Shown in pieces: positions 38,344-48,088 of a stretch of DNA of 64,000 bases. Below the pieces are notes generated by a model that searched no databases, was not told the DNA's origin, and saw nothing but the letters and a program-made list of their open reading frames with translations. How positions within the stretch are numbered: the stretch's first letter is position 1; every line of letters begins with the position of its first letter. The translations under genes were made by a program, and so were the position numbers. The stretch is from Thermoplasmatota archaeon (GTDB taxonomy: Archaea > Thermoplasmatota > JAKEGO01), in NCBI GenBank assembly GCA_028279595.1, contig JANQNK010000001.1:160001-224000 (forward strand), read 5' to 3'.

Positions 38344-39210
38344 ATGGCTGACAAGGTAGAACTGTGGAGATGGACCGAGTCCAGGTGGACGAATCCCGAC
38401 ATGGACTGGAAGGGGAAGCTGATAACCTCCGGCATCGACGTCGGTTCCGTCAGCTCCCAGGCCGTGATCCTCGCCGATGGCGAGCTCTACGCCTACTCGA
38501 ACATGAGGACCGGCTCGAACAGTCCGGACTCGGCGATGAACGCCATCAACTGGGCCATGGAGGACACCGGGCTCAAACTGGATGACATAACGTACACCGT
38601 CGGGACAGGTTACGGTCGTGTGAACGTACCGTTCGCCCAGAAGCCCATAACCGAGATCGCGTGCCACGCCCGCGGGGCGAACGCCATCTACGGCAACACC
38701 GTGCGGACCGTTCTCGACATGGGCGGCCAGGACTGCAAGGCTATCCACTGCGACGAGCGTGGCAAGGTCACGAACTTCCTCATGAACGACAAGTGCGCGG
38801 CCGGGACCGGTCGCGGCATGGAGGTCTTCGCTGACCTGCTAGGCGTGTCCATCAATGAAGTGGGCGACCTCTCGCTGAATGTCGAGGAGGAGCCAGACCC
38901 CGTGAGCAGCACATGTGTGGTCTATGCGAAGACCGAGGCCACGGGACTGCTCCGCGAGGGCTGGCCCACGAACAAGGTGCTGGCAGCATACTGCTCCGCC
39001 ATGGCCCACAGGATAATCACCCTGCTCGAGAGGATCGGAGTCGAGGAGGACTTCGCCATCACAGGCGGGATCGCAAAGAACGTCGGCGTGGTGCAGCGGC
39101 TGGAGAAGGAGGTCGGGATAAAGATCCTCAGGACAGAATACGACACCCAGCTGGCCGGTGCCCTAGGCGGAGCGCTGTTCGCCAAGGTCCTTCACGAGAA
39201 GGGCAAGTAG
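38344..39210 (+). CDS. bzdQ: Benzoyl-CoA reductase activase subunit Q
   Basis: N-terminal WRW.E, GIDVGSVSSQAV, TGYGR, EIACH, DMGGQD, MNDKCAAGTGR, SSTCVV. Confidence 0.9.
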   Translation: MADKVELWRWTESRWTNPDMDWKGKLITSGIDVGSVSSQAVILADGELYAYSNMRTGSNSPDSAMNAINWAMEDTGLKLDDITYTVGTGYGRVNVPFAQKPITEIACHARGANAIYGNTVRTVLDMGGQDCKAIHCDERGKVTNFLMNDKCAAGTGRGMEVFADLLGVSINEVGDLSLNVEEEPDPVSSTCVVYAKTEATGLLREGWPTNKVLAAYCSAMAHRIITLLERIGVEEDFAITGGIAKNVGVVQRLEKEVGIKILRTEYDTQLAGALGGALFAKVLHEKGK

Positions 39211-39220
39211 GTGATGCCTG

Positions 39221-39508
39221 ATGATCGCGAACTATGGATACAAGGACGGCTCGGGCGACTACTTCATCGCCATCGACACCGACAGGTGCAACGGGTGCGG
39301 GGACTGCGTAACAGCATGCCCCTACGGCGTCATGGGCGTGGGTCCGGATGAGAACGATCCCCTCTCGGACGACGAGGTGGCGTTCGTCACCGAGGCCGAG
39401 AGGAAGAAGATCAAGTACACCTGCGCACCGTGCAAGCCGATGGCCGACAGGCCGCCGCTTCCGTGCATCGCTGCCTGTCCGCTCGATGCGATCGAACATT
39501 CCTGGTAA
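39221..39508 (+). CDS. bzdM: Ferredoxin (BzdM-like)
   Basis: MIANYGYKDGSG.YF..IDT..CNGCGDC..ACP; second cluster CAPC...C..AC. Confidence 0.82.
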   Translation: MIANYGYKDGSGDYFIAIDTDRCNGCGDCVTACPYGVMGVGPDENDPLSDDEVAFVTEAERKKIKYTCAPCKPMADRPPLPCIAACPLDAIEHSW

Positions 39509-39562
39509 GTGGGAATGGAGTGCCAACGGCAGAGGGGTAGCACAGGGACGGAGAGTGACCAA

Positions 39563-42076
39563 ATGGGCGTCAGACTGACGATCAACGGAGACGCTGTCGA
39601 AGCGGAGGATGGAACGACCATCCTTGAGGCCGCCGGATCGGCCGAGACATACATTCCGAGGCTATGCTATCATCCCAGTCTCGGGAGTTCCCACGGACAG
39701 GAGCCTGTCGAAGCCGTGTACCGCGAGGACGGCGAGTTCCGGAACGACGGGTCCGGACCCGATGACGGATACGAAGGTTGTCGACTGTGTCTCGTCGAGA
39801 TCCAGGGGCGCGACGGTCTCTTCACCGCCTGCGATACCGCGATCGAGGACGGCATGATCGTCGAGACGGAGACGGAAAGGATCAAGGCAGAGAGGATGAC
39901 CAACCTCGCCGGGATCCTGAAGGACCATCCCCACGCATGTCTGAGGTGCGCGCAGCAGGAGGGCTGTTCGCGGACCCAGTGTTCGACGAACGTGCCCGAG
40001 GACGAGCGTTGCTGTCCACTGCTTGGGCACTGCGAACTGCAGAAGGTCTCGAACTACGTCGGCGTCCGCGAGGACCTGACCAAGTACGTGTTCGCCGACC
40101 TCCCCAGGCACGACGACGAACCACTCTTCACACGAGATTACAATCTATGCATCTCATGTCTAAGGTGCGTGCGGGCATGCCGCGACCTTCGCGGTGTGGA
40201 CGCGCTCGGTTACGTCTTCCAGGACGGCAAGGCCGTGGTCGGACCGACGATGAACCTGAGCTATTCCGAGTCGGATTGCCGTTTCTGCGGAGCGTGCGCC
40301 GAGGTCTGCCCGACCGGGACGATCATGGACAAGGACCTCCCGAAGGGAGAGAGGGAGGACGTCCTTCTGCCATGTGTTGCGAACTGCCCTGCTGGTGTCG
40401 ACATCCCGAGGTACATGGACCTGATATCCAATGGAGAGTTCTCGACGGCCAACGCCGTTGTCGCCGAGAGGATACCGTTCCCGGGGGTCCTCGGGCGTAT
40501 CTGCTTCCATCCATGCGAGGATGAATGCAGGCGGAGCGAACTCAATGCGCCGATGGGCATCTGCGGACTGAAGTGGTTCGCATCGGACAACGCGGATGCA
40601 CCTTCTGTATCAGCCAAGCCATCGACAGGGAAGACCGTCGCTGTGATCGGAAGCGGTCCGGCCGGTCTATCGGCAGCGTACTATCTCGCAGGATCGGGAC
40701 ATGCTGTCACCGTTTTCGAGGCCGAGGAGAAGCCTGGCGGGATGCTCAGATACGCGATCCCTGATTACAGGCTCCCGCCAGACCTGCTTGATTCGGAGCT
40801 ATCCGTCTTCGAACGGCTCGGTGTGACACTCAAGACCGGTACCAGGGTCGGCGGCGACGGCCTCAAGATCGGTGATATCCAGAACGATTTCGACGCTGTC
40901 TTCGTCGGAACCGGCGCATGCCTCAGCAAGCGGATCCCCGTCGAGGGCGCGGAACTCGAGAACGTTCTCTGGGGTCTAGATTTCCTGAAGGATGTGAAGA
41001 CGGGCGCCATTGATTCCCTGGCAGGCCGCGTTCTCGTGATCGGCGGTGGCAACGTCGCGATCGATGTGGCACGTTCGGCCATCCGTCTCGGTGCTGAAGA
41101 GGTCCAGCTGGCCTGCCTCGAGGCGAGGGATGAGATGCCCGCACATGGCTGGGAGATCGAGGAAGCCGGCGAGGAGGGCGTTGTCATGCATCCGTCGTGG
41201 GGGCCCAGGAGGATCCTTGGAGACGTCGGCGTCATGGGCATCGAACTGGTCAAATGCACCTCGGTCTTCGACATGGACGGCTGTTTCGCCCCCGAGTTCG
41301 ACGGGTCAGAGACGATGACGATCGAAACCGACATGGTCATAATGGCCATCGGCCAGACGGCCGACCTGACGTGCATCGAGGACGCTGGTATCGAGACGAG
41401 CGCGGGTACTGTCTGTGTCGAGGGGTGCGAGACCGGCGACAAGGGAACCTTTGCTGGCGGAGAGGTCTCAAGAGGACCATCGTCCGTCGTCGAGGCCGTC
41501 GCCGACGGCGCCATGGCCGCGGCCGCCATCGACATCCACCTTGGTGGCGACGGCGACATATATTCGCCCTTCATGGTCCCGGGAGAGCCCGATCCGAACG
41601 TCGGTCATGTCGAGGGATTCGCAGCGATGGAACGGATCGATATTCCCAAGAGGGATATTGATGAGAGGAAAGCCTGCTTCGACCAGGTCGAAATGGGATA
41701 CTCCGAGGACCAGGCAAGGGCAGAGGCCGTCCGTTGCCTTCGATGCGACCTGAGGCTCCTGATAGAGCCGGTTACCCTGCCGCCTGATATGTGGATGGAG
41801 CTGAACGAGGAGAACGTTGCAGAGGTGCCGGCGATAGAGGGCGTCGTCCAGCTCCTCAACGAGGAGAAGATGATAATCGTGATCCAGGGGACCCAGGACA
41901 TGCATGCGGAGCTCGAGGCGAAGCTGGGTACCGAAACGAAGGCGAGATATTTCGGCATCGACGCCGATCCCATGTATTCGAAGAGGGAGAACGAGCTGAT
42001 GCAGATGTTCCTGCAGCAGTTCGGGAAGATGCCGGAAGGCGACGGAGAGGGAGACGATCTTGATGACCTGTTCTGA
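39563..42076 (+). CDS. bzdV: BzdV-like NAD(P)H:ferredoxin oxidoreductase (2Fe-2S + 4Fe-4S + GltD-like FAD domain)
   Basis: IPRLCYH..GCRLC, CISCLRC, CRFCGAC.EVCP, GRICFHPCE, GSGPAG, GGGNVA, RCLRC; position right after the ferredoxin. Confidence 0.8.
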   Translation: MGVRLTINGDAVEAEDGTTILEAAGSAETYIPRLCYHPSLGSSHGQEPVEAVYREDGEFRNDGSGPDDGYEGCRLCLVEIQGRDGLFTACDTAIEDGMIVETETERIKAERMTNLAGILKDHPHACLRCAQQEGCSRTQCSTNVPEDERCCPLLGHCELQKVSNYVGVREDLTKYVFADLPRHDDEPLFTRDYNLCISCLRCVRACRDLRGVDALGYVFQDGKAVVGPTMNLSYSESDCRFCGACAEVCPTGTIMDKDLPKGEREDVLLPCVANCPAGVDIPRYMDLISNGEFSTANAVVAERIPFPGVLGRICFHPCEDECRRSELNAPMGICGLKWFASDNADAPSVSAKPSTGKTVAVIGSGPAGLSAAYYLAGSGHAVTVFEAEEKPGGMLRYAIPDYRLPPDLLDSELSVFERLGVTLKTGTRVGGDGLKIGDIQNDFDAVFVGTGACLSKRIPVEGAELENVLWGLDFLKDVKTGAIDSLAGRVLVIGGGNVAIDVARSAIRLGAEEVQLACLEARDEMPAHGWEIEEAGEEGVVMHPSWGPRRILGDVGVMGIELVKCTSVFDMDGCFAPEFDGSETMTIETDMVIMAIGQTADLTCIEDAGIETSAGTVCVEGCETGDKGTFAGGEVSRGPSSVVEAVADGAMAAAAIDIHLGGDGDIYSPFMVPGEPDPNVGHVEGFAAMERIDIPKRDIDERKACFDQVEMGYSEDQARAEAVRCLRCDLRLLIEPVTLPPDMWMELNEENVAEVPAIEGVVQLLNEEKMIIVIQGTQDMHAELEAKLGTETKARYFGIDADPMYSKRENELMQMFLQQFGKMPEGDGEGDDLDDLF

Positions 42077-42088
42077 TGGAGGAAGTAC

Positions 42089-42358
42089 ATGGTGAGCGTC
42101 ACCGAACTGCCGGAGGACCAGCTGGAACGTGAGGGCTGGGAGCGACGGTCGATACTGGACGATCCCAGACTATCAGAGGTCGTCGCCTCGTACGAGGAGA
42201 TGGGTCTCGAGGTTGCCCTCAAGGACATCGACGGTGTGGAGGCCGACGCCTGCATCACATGTCTGGACGGGCCGATGGGCCGGTTCATGATCGTGTACAC
42301 CCGACCCGGTACGGGCCGGAGCAAGCTGGACGAATTGTTCGAGGGGGATGCAAAATGA
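42089..42358 (+). CDS. Hypothetical protein with CxxC
   Basis: EGWERR...PRLSE....YE..G.EV, CITC, VYTR; SD GGAGG; lies within the operon. Confidence 0.7.
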   Translation: MVSVTELPEDQLEREGWERRSILDDPRLSEVVASYEEMGLEVALKDIDGVEADACITCLDGPMGRFMIVYTRPGTGRSKLDELFEGDAK

Positions 42359-42981
42359 TACTGGAGAAGCTGGTCGTCGGTCCGATCGGAGCGAACTGCT
42401 TCATCATCGGAGACTCTGGAGAGGGCGCCGTGATAGATCCAGGAGGAGACCCTGAAAAGGTCATCAGGGCCGTCCGCGCCACGGAACTCAAGATCAAATA
42501 CGTCATTGCCACCCACGGCCACTTCGACCATACCGGTGCGATCGGTCCGGTCGTGGAAGCCCTCGGGTGCGAGTTCCTCATGCACGAGGAGGACCTCTTC
42601 TTCGCACGGGACTCGGTCACATCCGCCCGGAGATGGGGCGTCGTGGTCGATCAGGTCCCGGATCCGGACCGGTTCATCGTGGACGGCGACATTATCGAGA
42701 TAGGCTCACTCCAGATGAAGGTCATCCATACGCCTGGCCATTCTCCCGGCGGTGTGTCACTGTACATTGGATCGGAGGGCGCTCTCTTCGCCGGTGACAC
42801 GCTATTCCAACGCTCCATCGGCCGGACCGACTTCAGACAGGGCTCCATGGAGGTGCTCCTGCGGTCGATACGGGAGAGGATATTCGAGCTTCCTCCCGAG
42901 ACGGTCGTTTACACAGGCCATGGTCCCGAGACGACGGTCGACGAGGAGAGCAGGATGAACCCGTTCGCGAGGTTGAGGTGA
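42355..42981 (+). CDS. MBL-fold hydrolase (glyoxalase II-like)
   Basis: IDPG, THGHFDH, TPGHSPG, GDTLF..SIGRTD, GHG. Confidence 0.92.
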   Translation: MILEKLVVGPIGANCFIIGDSGEGAVIDPGGDPEKVIRAVRATELKIKYVIATHGHFDHTGAIGPVVEALGCEFLMHEEDLFFARDSVTSARRWGVVVDQVPDPDRFIVDGDIIEIGSLQMKVIHTPGHSPGGVSLYIGSEGALFAGDTLFQRSIGRTDFRQGSMEVLLRSIRERIFELPPETVVYTGHGPETTVDEESRMNPFARLR

Positions 42982-43724
42982 TGGACTCCATGGAACGCCT
43001 CAGGGAGATCGTCGAGACATCAGACAGGATAGTCGCGTTCACCGGCGCCGGTCTGTCCGCCGAGAGCGGGATCCCGACCTATCGTGGCGCGGGCGGGCTC
43101 TGGACCAAGTACGATCCCAACATCTACGCCAACATCGACCATTTCCTCAGGGACCCGACCTACTACTGGAACTTCTTCCAGGAGGTCAGGTATCCCATCA
43201 TAAGCCAGGCGCAACCCAACCCAGCGCACGATGCGCTCGTCGAGCTAGAGAGGCGTAAGCTGCTGAAGACGGTCATCACCCAGAACATCGACGGGCTGCA
43301 CCAGATGGCAGGCTCGCAGAACGTGATCGAACTTCACGGGAACACCAGAAGGATAGGGTGCATGGAGTGCGGAAAGGAGTATTCCATGGACGAGGTCTAC
43401 GGCAAACTTCAGGACCAGCTCCCTCCCAGGTGCGATTGTAGCGGGGGATTGAAACCCAGGGTCGTCTTCTTCGGCGAATCACTGCCGTTCGAGGCACTGG
43501 AAGGAGCGAACGACGCGGTCAAGGACTGCGATGCATGTCTTGTCGTCGGCTCGTCCCTCGTCGTGTATCCTGCGGCAATGCTGCCGGTACTGGCGTCCGA
43601 GAAGGGCGCGCGCTTGGCCATAATCAATATCGATCCGACGCCACTGGACCACATGGCGGAGGTCGTGATCAACGACAGTGCCGGGGACGTACTCCATACC
43701 GTGGTCAAGGGAGGCTTCGAATGA
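42978..43724 (+). CDS. cobB: NAD-dependent protein deacylase (sirtuin)
   Basis: TGAGLSAESGIPTYRG, TQNIDGLH, ELHG, Zn-binding Cys pairs, P.VVFFGE, GSSL.VYPAA. Confidence 0.94.
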   Translation: MMDSMERLREIVETSDRIVAFTGAGLSAESGIPTYRGAGGLWTKYDPNIYANIDHFLRDPTYYWNFFQEVRYPIISQAQPNPAHDALVELERRKLLKTVITQNIDGLHQMAGSQNVIELHGNTRRIGCMECGKEYSMDEVYGKLQDQLPPRCDCSGGLKPRVVFFGESLPFEALEGANDAVKDCDACLVVGSSLVVYPAAMLPVLASEKGARLAIINIDPTPLDHMAEVVINDSAGDVLHTVVKGGFE

Positions 43725-45584
43725 CGTTAAATCCATGTAATCGGAGGAGGCGGTACGACGTTCAATAAGCTAGGGATCGTGGACATGACGAAGGGGAACG
43801 TGAAGATCACCGAGACCCCGGAGGAGATCCGGAGACTCTTCCTGGGAGGACGCGGTCTCAACGGGTACTACCTCTACAAGATGATGAAGCCGGGAATGGA
43901 CCCGCTGAGTCCGGACAATGTCCTCATCTTCGGAACTGGTCTCCTCTCGGGGACCCTGATTCCGAACTCGTCGAGGTTCAGCGTCACGGCGCGGTCGCCC
44001 GAGACAGGCTTCTTCGGCGATGCGAACTGCGGCGGATACTTCTCGGCCGAACTTCGATACGCCGGCTTCGACAGGATCATAGTCCTTGGAAAGGCAGACC
44101 GGCCATCCTACCTTCACGTCCACGACGGTGAGATCGAGATCATGGACGCTGTCGACTACTGGGGAATGGATACTACGGACGTCCAGCTGGCCCTCCGGAA
44201 GGACCTCGGACACGTGGAATCCGCGGTCTGCGGCGTCGCAGGCGAGAACCTTGTCAGGTTCGCCTGCGTGAGAACCGGGATCAAGAACGCGGCCGGCAGG
44301 TGCGGGCTCGGTGCCGTGATGGGTTCGAAGAACCTCAAGGCCATCGCCGCCCGGGGCCGTGGCGGGGTTGAGATAGCCAACCCTGACGAGATGTTCGAGG
44401 TATGCGAGGAGTTGAAGGACTACATCATGGGTTCCAAGATAACTTCGATCCTCGGGACCGTCGGGACACCGCTGCTCTACGAGGTCAGCAACGCCCTTGG
44501 CGCCATCAGGACGAAGAACAGCCAGCTCAACGCGTGGTCGGACTCGCTCAATGCGGACGAGATCGAGAAGCACGTCGACAAGATGATCTCCTGCTCCTCC
44601 TGCATCGTCCACTGCCGTCACAGGAACTCGCTCGGGGGCGAGGGTCCGGAGTACACCGCGCTCGGCCTCCTCGGCTCCAACCTAGGGATAGAGGACCCTG
44701 CCGAGGTCATCGAGCTCAACAACGTCTGCAACGAACTCGGTCTGGACATATCATCCTCCGGGACATATCTGGCCTGGGCATACGAGCTCTACGAACGTGG
44801 AATCATCGGGAAGGACATGACCGGTGAGGACCTCCGGTTCGGCGATTTCGATCTGTCCAGGAGGCTGCTTCACGATATATCGAGGCGGGAAGGGTTCGGG
44901 GACATCGTAGCGGAAGGCAGTTTGAACTTCGAAAGGTACGGTCCGGAGTCCAAGGACTACCTTATCGCCGTCAAGGGCCTTCCGCAGAGCGATCCCCATG
45001 ACGTCCGCTACATCAAGGCCTTCGCCCTAGGCATCGCGACTGCGTCCCGGGGTGCCGACCATCTCAGGAGCCGACCTACCCTCGAGATATTCCTGAAACT
45101 TCCTCCGGAGGTGAAGCAGCGGATCTACGGAGAGGGCGTCAACAACGATCCAGCGTCGTACGAGGCGAAGGAGAAATCGGTCTACTTCTCCGACAACATG
45201 TTCGCGTCCATTGACACCGTCGGGATCTGCAAGTTCATCTGCCACGGCTTCAACAGCCCGCACTTCGTCGACTACTCGTGGTTGACCCGGTTGATACACG
45301 CTGCAGTCGGATGGGACTACACAGAGGCTGACATCGAGGCGGTCGGGAAGCGCGTCATCGACATGGAGAGGATGTTCAACATCCGTGAAGGACTGACCAT
45401 GGCGGACGACACACTTCCGAAGCGCTACTTCGACGATCCCTCGAAACTGAAGATCGCCAAGGGCCATCACATCGACAGGAAGGAGTTCGATGGGATGTTG
45501 TCCAGATACTACGAACTGAGGAACTGGACCGAGGACGGCATGGTCAAGCCGGAAAGGCGGGCCGAACTGGAGGGATACCTATGA
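43721..45584 (+). CDS. Aldehyde:ferredoxin oxidoreductase (W/Mo-pterin) catalytic subunit, with an apparent 1-nt frameshift near the start
   Basis: FLGGRG, RSPETG, GVAGENLV.FA, GR.G.GAVMGSKNLKA, CSSC..HC, GPEY, RGADH, DTLP.R. The main frame has no ATG before GTG 43779; ATG 43721 carries the SD. Confidence 0.9.
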
Positions 45585-46039
45585 AGTACCTCTACGCCTT
45601 CCCCGAGAAGTGCACTGGCTGCAGGGAATGCACTCTCGCTTGCTCCCTCAAGTTCTTCGGAGAGTGCAATCCGAAGAAGGCCGCGATATCTGTCATAAGG
45701 GACGAGTTCCGCCGCTACGAATATCCGATGATATGCTACCAGTGCGAGGACCCCGTCTGCCTGAAGTATTGCCACCAGAACGCGTACGAGATAGTGGACG
45801 GCGTCGTGATCCGGGACGACGACAGATGCATCGGCTGTCGGATGTGCGCGGTACTCTGCCCTTACAACGCCATATCTGCGATAGATGGTGAGATTATCAA
45901 GTGCGACCTTTGTGACGGCGATCCGAAGTGCGTGAAGTACTGCTCCACCGAAGCCATCCAGTACCTCGACGAGACCGATGAACTGGAGGCCAGAAGGAAG
46001 CAGATGGCAGAGAGGGTGCTAGGGATCGCCTCTGATTGA
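45581..46039 (+). CDS. 4Fe-4S polyferredoxin subunit of the AOR
   Basis: CTGCRECTLAC, CYQC..P.C...C, CIGCRMC...CP, KCDLC..DP.C...C. Confidence 0.9.
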   Translation: MKYLYAFPEKCTGCRECTLACSLKFFGECNPKKAAISVIRDEFRRYEYPMICYQCEDPVCLKYCHQNAYEIVDGVVIRDDDRCIGCRMCAVLCPYNAISAIDGEIIKCDLCDGDPKCVKYCSTEAIQYLDETDELEARRKQMAERVLGIASD

Positions 46040-46846
46040 TCACTTCACCGCCGCGCACCAGCCCCATCTCTGTACGTAGCTGCCACCGGCCATGCCTTCG
46101 AAGTGGTCCAACAGTTCGTTCAACTTGGCGATCCTTTCCTTGTACCCGGTCTTCGGCCAGAGTCCAGCTGATTGTGCAGGGATGGAATAGAACGATTGCA
46201 CCTCTGCTCTGGGCATCCCGATCTCATCCAGTCCCGTGCTCACAAGGGAAAACCCTGTGCCCTCAAGCAGTACTGAAAGCTCACTCGGGTCAATGATGGA
46301 CCTGCCGTATGGGGCGCATCCCAACCCCTCAATCTGAGCTGAGATGCAGAGGTCGATGTTCCCGGAAGCGTCTGTCGTCCCGACCAGGTAGTTCATCCCG
46401 ATGACACCTCCCTTCGGCAGAATGTCGAATGCCGACGAGATCGTGCGAAGAGGTGTAGGCATGAGGAAGATGCTCGCATTGTAGAGGATCGCATCGGGAC
46501 GCGGTCCGTTGACCAGTTCCAGATGATCGGCGTCCTGATGGACGTAGGAGACATTCCCTTTGGACCTCCGTCGTGTGATGGCGATCTCGAGCATCTCGGA
46601 TGAGAAGTCGATCCCGAGGACCTTTCCGTCTGTGCCAACGATCCCGGCAAGGGCCTCTGTCGAGATCCCGGTACCACACCCGACGTCCCATAGTGTCATT
46701 CCCTCCCCGATGCCGCATGACCGGGCCAGTCCATTCGCGAGGTCGGTGAAGAGGCCGTACTTGCCTTCGAACTCCTCTGTCAACTCAGCTGAATCATTGA
46801 AGTTCGATAGAACGGCGTTCTTCACGACCTCCGGATCAAATGGCAA
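46040..46846 (-). CDS. Class I SAM-dependent methyltransferase
   Basis: DVGCGTG, GIDFS.EML, DA. Confidence 0.8.
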   Translation of the reverse strand: MPFDPEVVKNAVLSNFNDSAELTEEFEGKYGLFTDLANGLARSCGIGEGMTLWDVGCGTGISTEALAGIVGTDGKVLGIDFSSEMLEIAITRRRSKGNVSYVHQDADHLELVNGPRPDAILYNASIFLMPTPLRTISSAFDILPKGGVIGMNYLVGTTDASGNIDLCISAQIEGLGCAPYGRSIIDPSELSVLLEGTGFSLVSTGLDEIGMPRAEVQSFYSIPAQSAGLWPKTGYKERIAKLNELLDHFEGMAGGSYVQRWGWCAAVK

Positions 46847-46855
46847 TCGGTCACC

Positions 46856-48088
46856 TCACAATTCCCCGGACCTGAGGGCCTCTGGGTCGATGACGAGGTC
46901 GTCGTCCAGCAATCTTTCACCGAGTCCTGACACGTCGATCCCCCTGGTCATCAGACCGTATATCGGTCCGGTGTTCCTGATGCTCCCGATGAACTGGACG
47001 CCCTGCATCCTCCCGTCAGAGACCATGATCTTCTTGTGATGGTGCGGTGTGGTCCGGACGAGCGTCTCTACCTCGCCAAGCTGTTCGCTCGTCATGCCCA
47101 TGGTGATGACAGGAGTATCGAAGACATCGAGTATGTTCACGATGTCGGCCCCAGCGTACTCGAGCGGTGTATCCGTCATGTTCGAACCCGCTATCCGCCC
47201 CTGTTCGATGGCGTTGGGCCAGATCGCGAATGAGCCAGTGCTCCCGGTGATCTGCTCCCTGACCTCCGCGATGTCTCCGGCGGCATATATGTCGGGAACG
47301 TTGGTCATCATCGATCCGTCGACCACTATCCCTCTGTTCACCTCGATCCCGGTCCCGTCGAGGAAACCTACGTTCGGAGCGACACCGATGGCGACGACCA
47401 CCATGTCGCAGGGTATCTCCCTCTCATTCAGGGAGACGCTCTCGACCCTGTCCTCTCCATTGACGGCCTTTACAGAATCGTTGACGATGACATCGACTCC
47501 TCCCTTCTCGAGAAGTTCCTTGACGATCTCCGAACCGTCCGGGTCCAGCATCCGTGTGAGAACGTGCGGAAGGAGTTCCACCACGGTCACCTCGATCCCG
47601 AGTTTCCTCAGCTCCGTGGCCGATTCGATGCCCATGAAGCCTCCGCCCACGACGACCGCTCTTTCAACACCTCGATCCGCGTGGTCCCGTATTGCCAGGG
47701 TAGATCCGAGAGTGCCCATCACGTGGACCCCATCGAGCCCCAGGAGCTCCGGAGGTGCGATCGGCCTTGCGCCTGCCGATATCAGCAATCTATCGTATTC
47801 GACGGATCCGCCGTCCCCGAGCTGGACCGTTCTGCCCGAGACGTCGATCCCCGTGACCTCCGAGTCCAGCATCAACTCCGCCTTCATCTCAACGTAGTAA
47901 TCCTTTTCGTATCTGATGATCGTGTCCTCGTCGATGTCCCCCGATATCAGGTTCGGTAGGGAGCATGGCGAGTACGCGGTGTAGCCTTCCCTTGAAATGA
48001 TGACGATATCCGAATCTGTGTCGAGCTCCCTGATCGTCTGAAGTGCGCTTATCCCGGCCCCGCCGTTTCCTATTATGACGTACTTCAT
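46856..48088 (-). CDS. FAD/NAD(P)-dependent oxidoreductase (NirB N-terminal / AorC-like)
   Basis: IIGNGGAG, YSPC, VGGGFMG.E, T..PDIYAAGD, W.NA..QG. Confidence 0.88.
   Translation of the reverse strand: MKYVIIGNGGAGISALQTIRELDTDSDIVIISREGYTAYSPCSLPNLISGDIDEDTIIRYEKDYYVEMKAELMLDSEVTGIDVSGRTVQLGDGGSVEYDRLLISAGARPIAPPELLGLDGVHVMGTLGSTLAIRDHADRGVERAVVVGGGFMGIESATELRKLGIEVTVVELLPHVLTRMLDPDGSEIVKELLEKGGVDVIVNDSVKAVNGEDRVESVSLNEREIPCDMVVVAIGVAPNVGFLDGTGIEVNRGIVVDGSMMTNVPDIYAAGDIAEVREQITGSTGSFAIWPNAIEQGRIAGSNMTDTPLEYAGADIVNILDVFDTPVITMGMTSEQLGEVETLVRTTPHHHKKIMVSDGRMQGVQFIGSIRNTGPIYGLMTRGIDVSGLGERLLDDDLVIDPEALRSGEL

Noticed and set aside
43721-45584. Class II benzoyl-CoA reductase BamB
   Set aside because: It has the ordinary AOR CxxCxxxC..EGPEY region and no BamC-I/Hdr module nearby. 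Phylogeny would be decisive.
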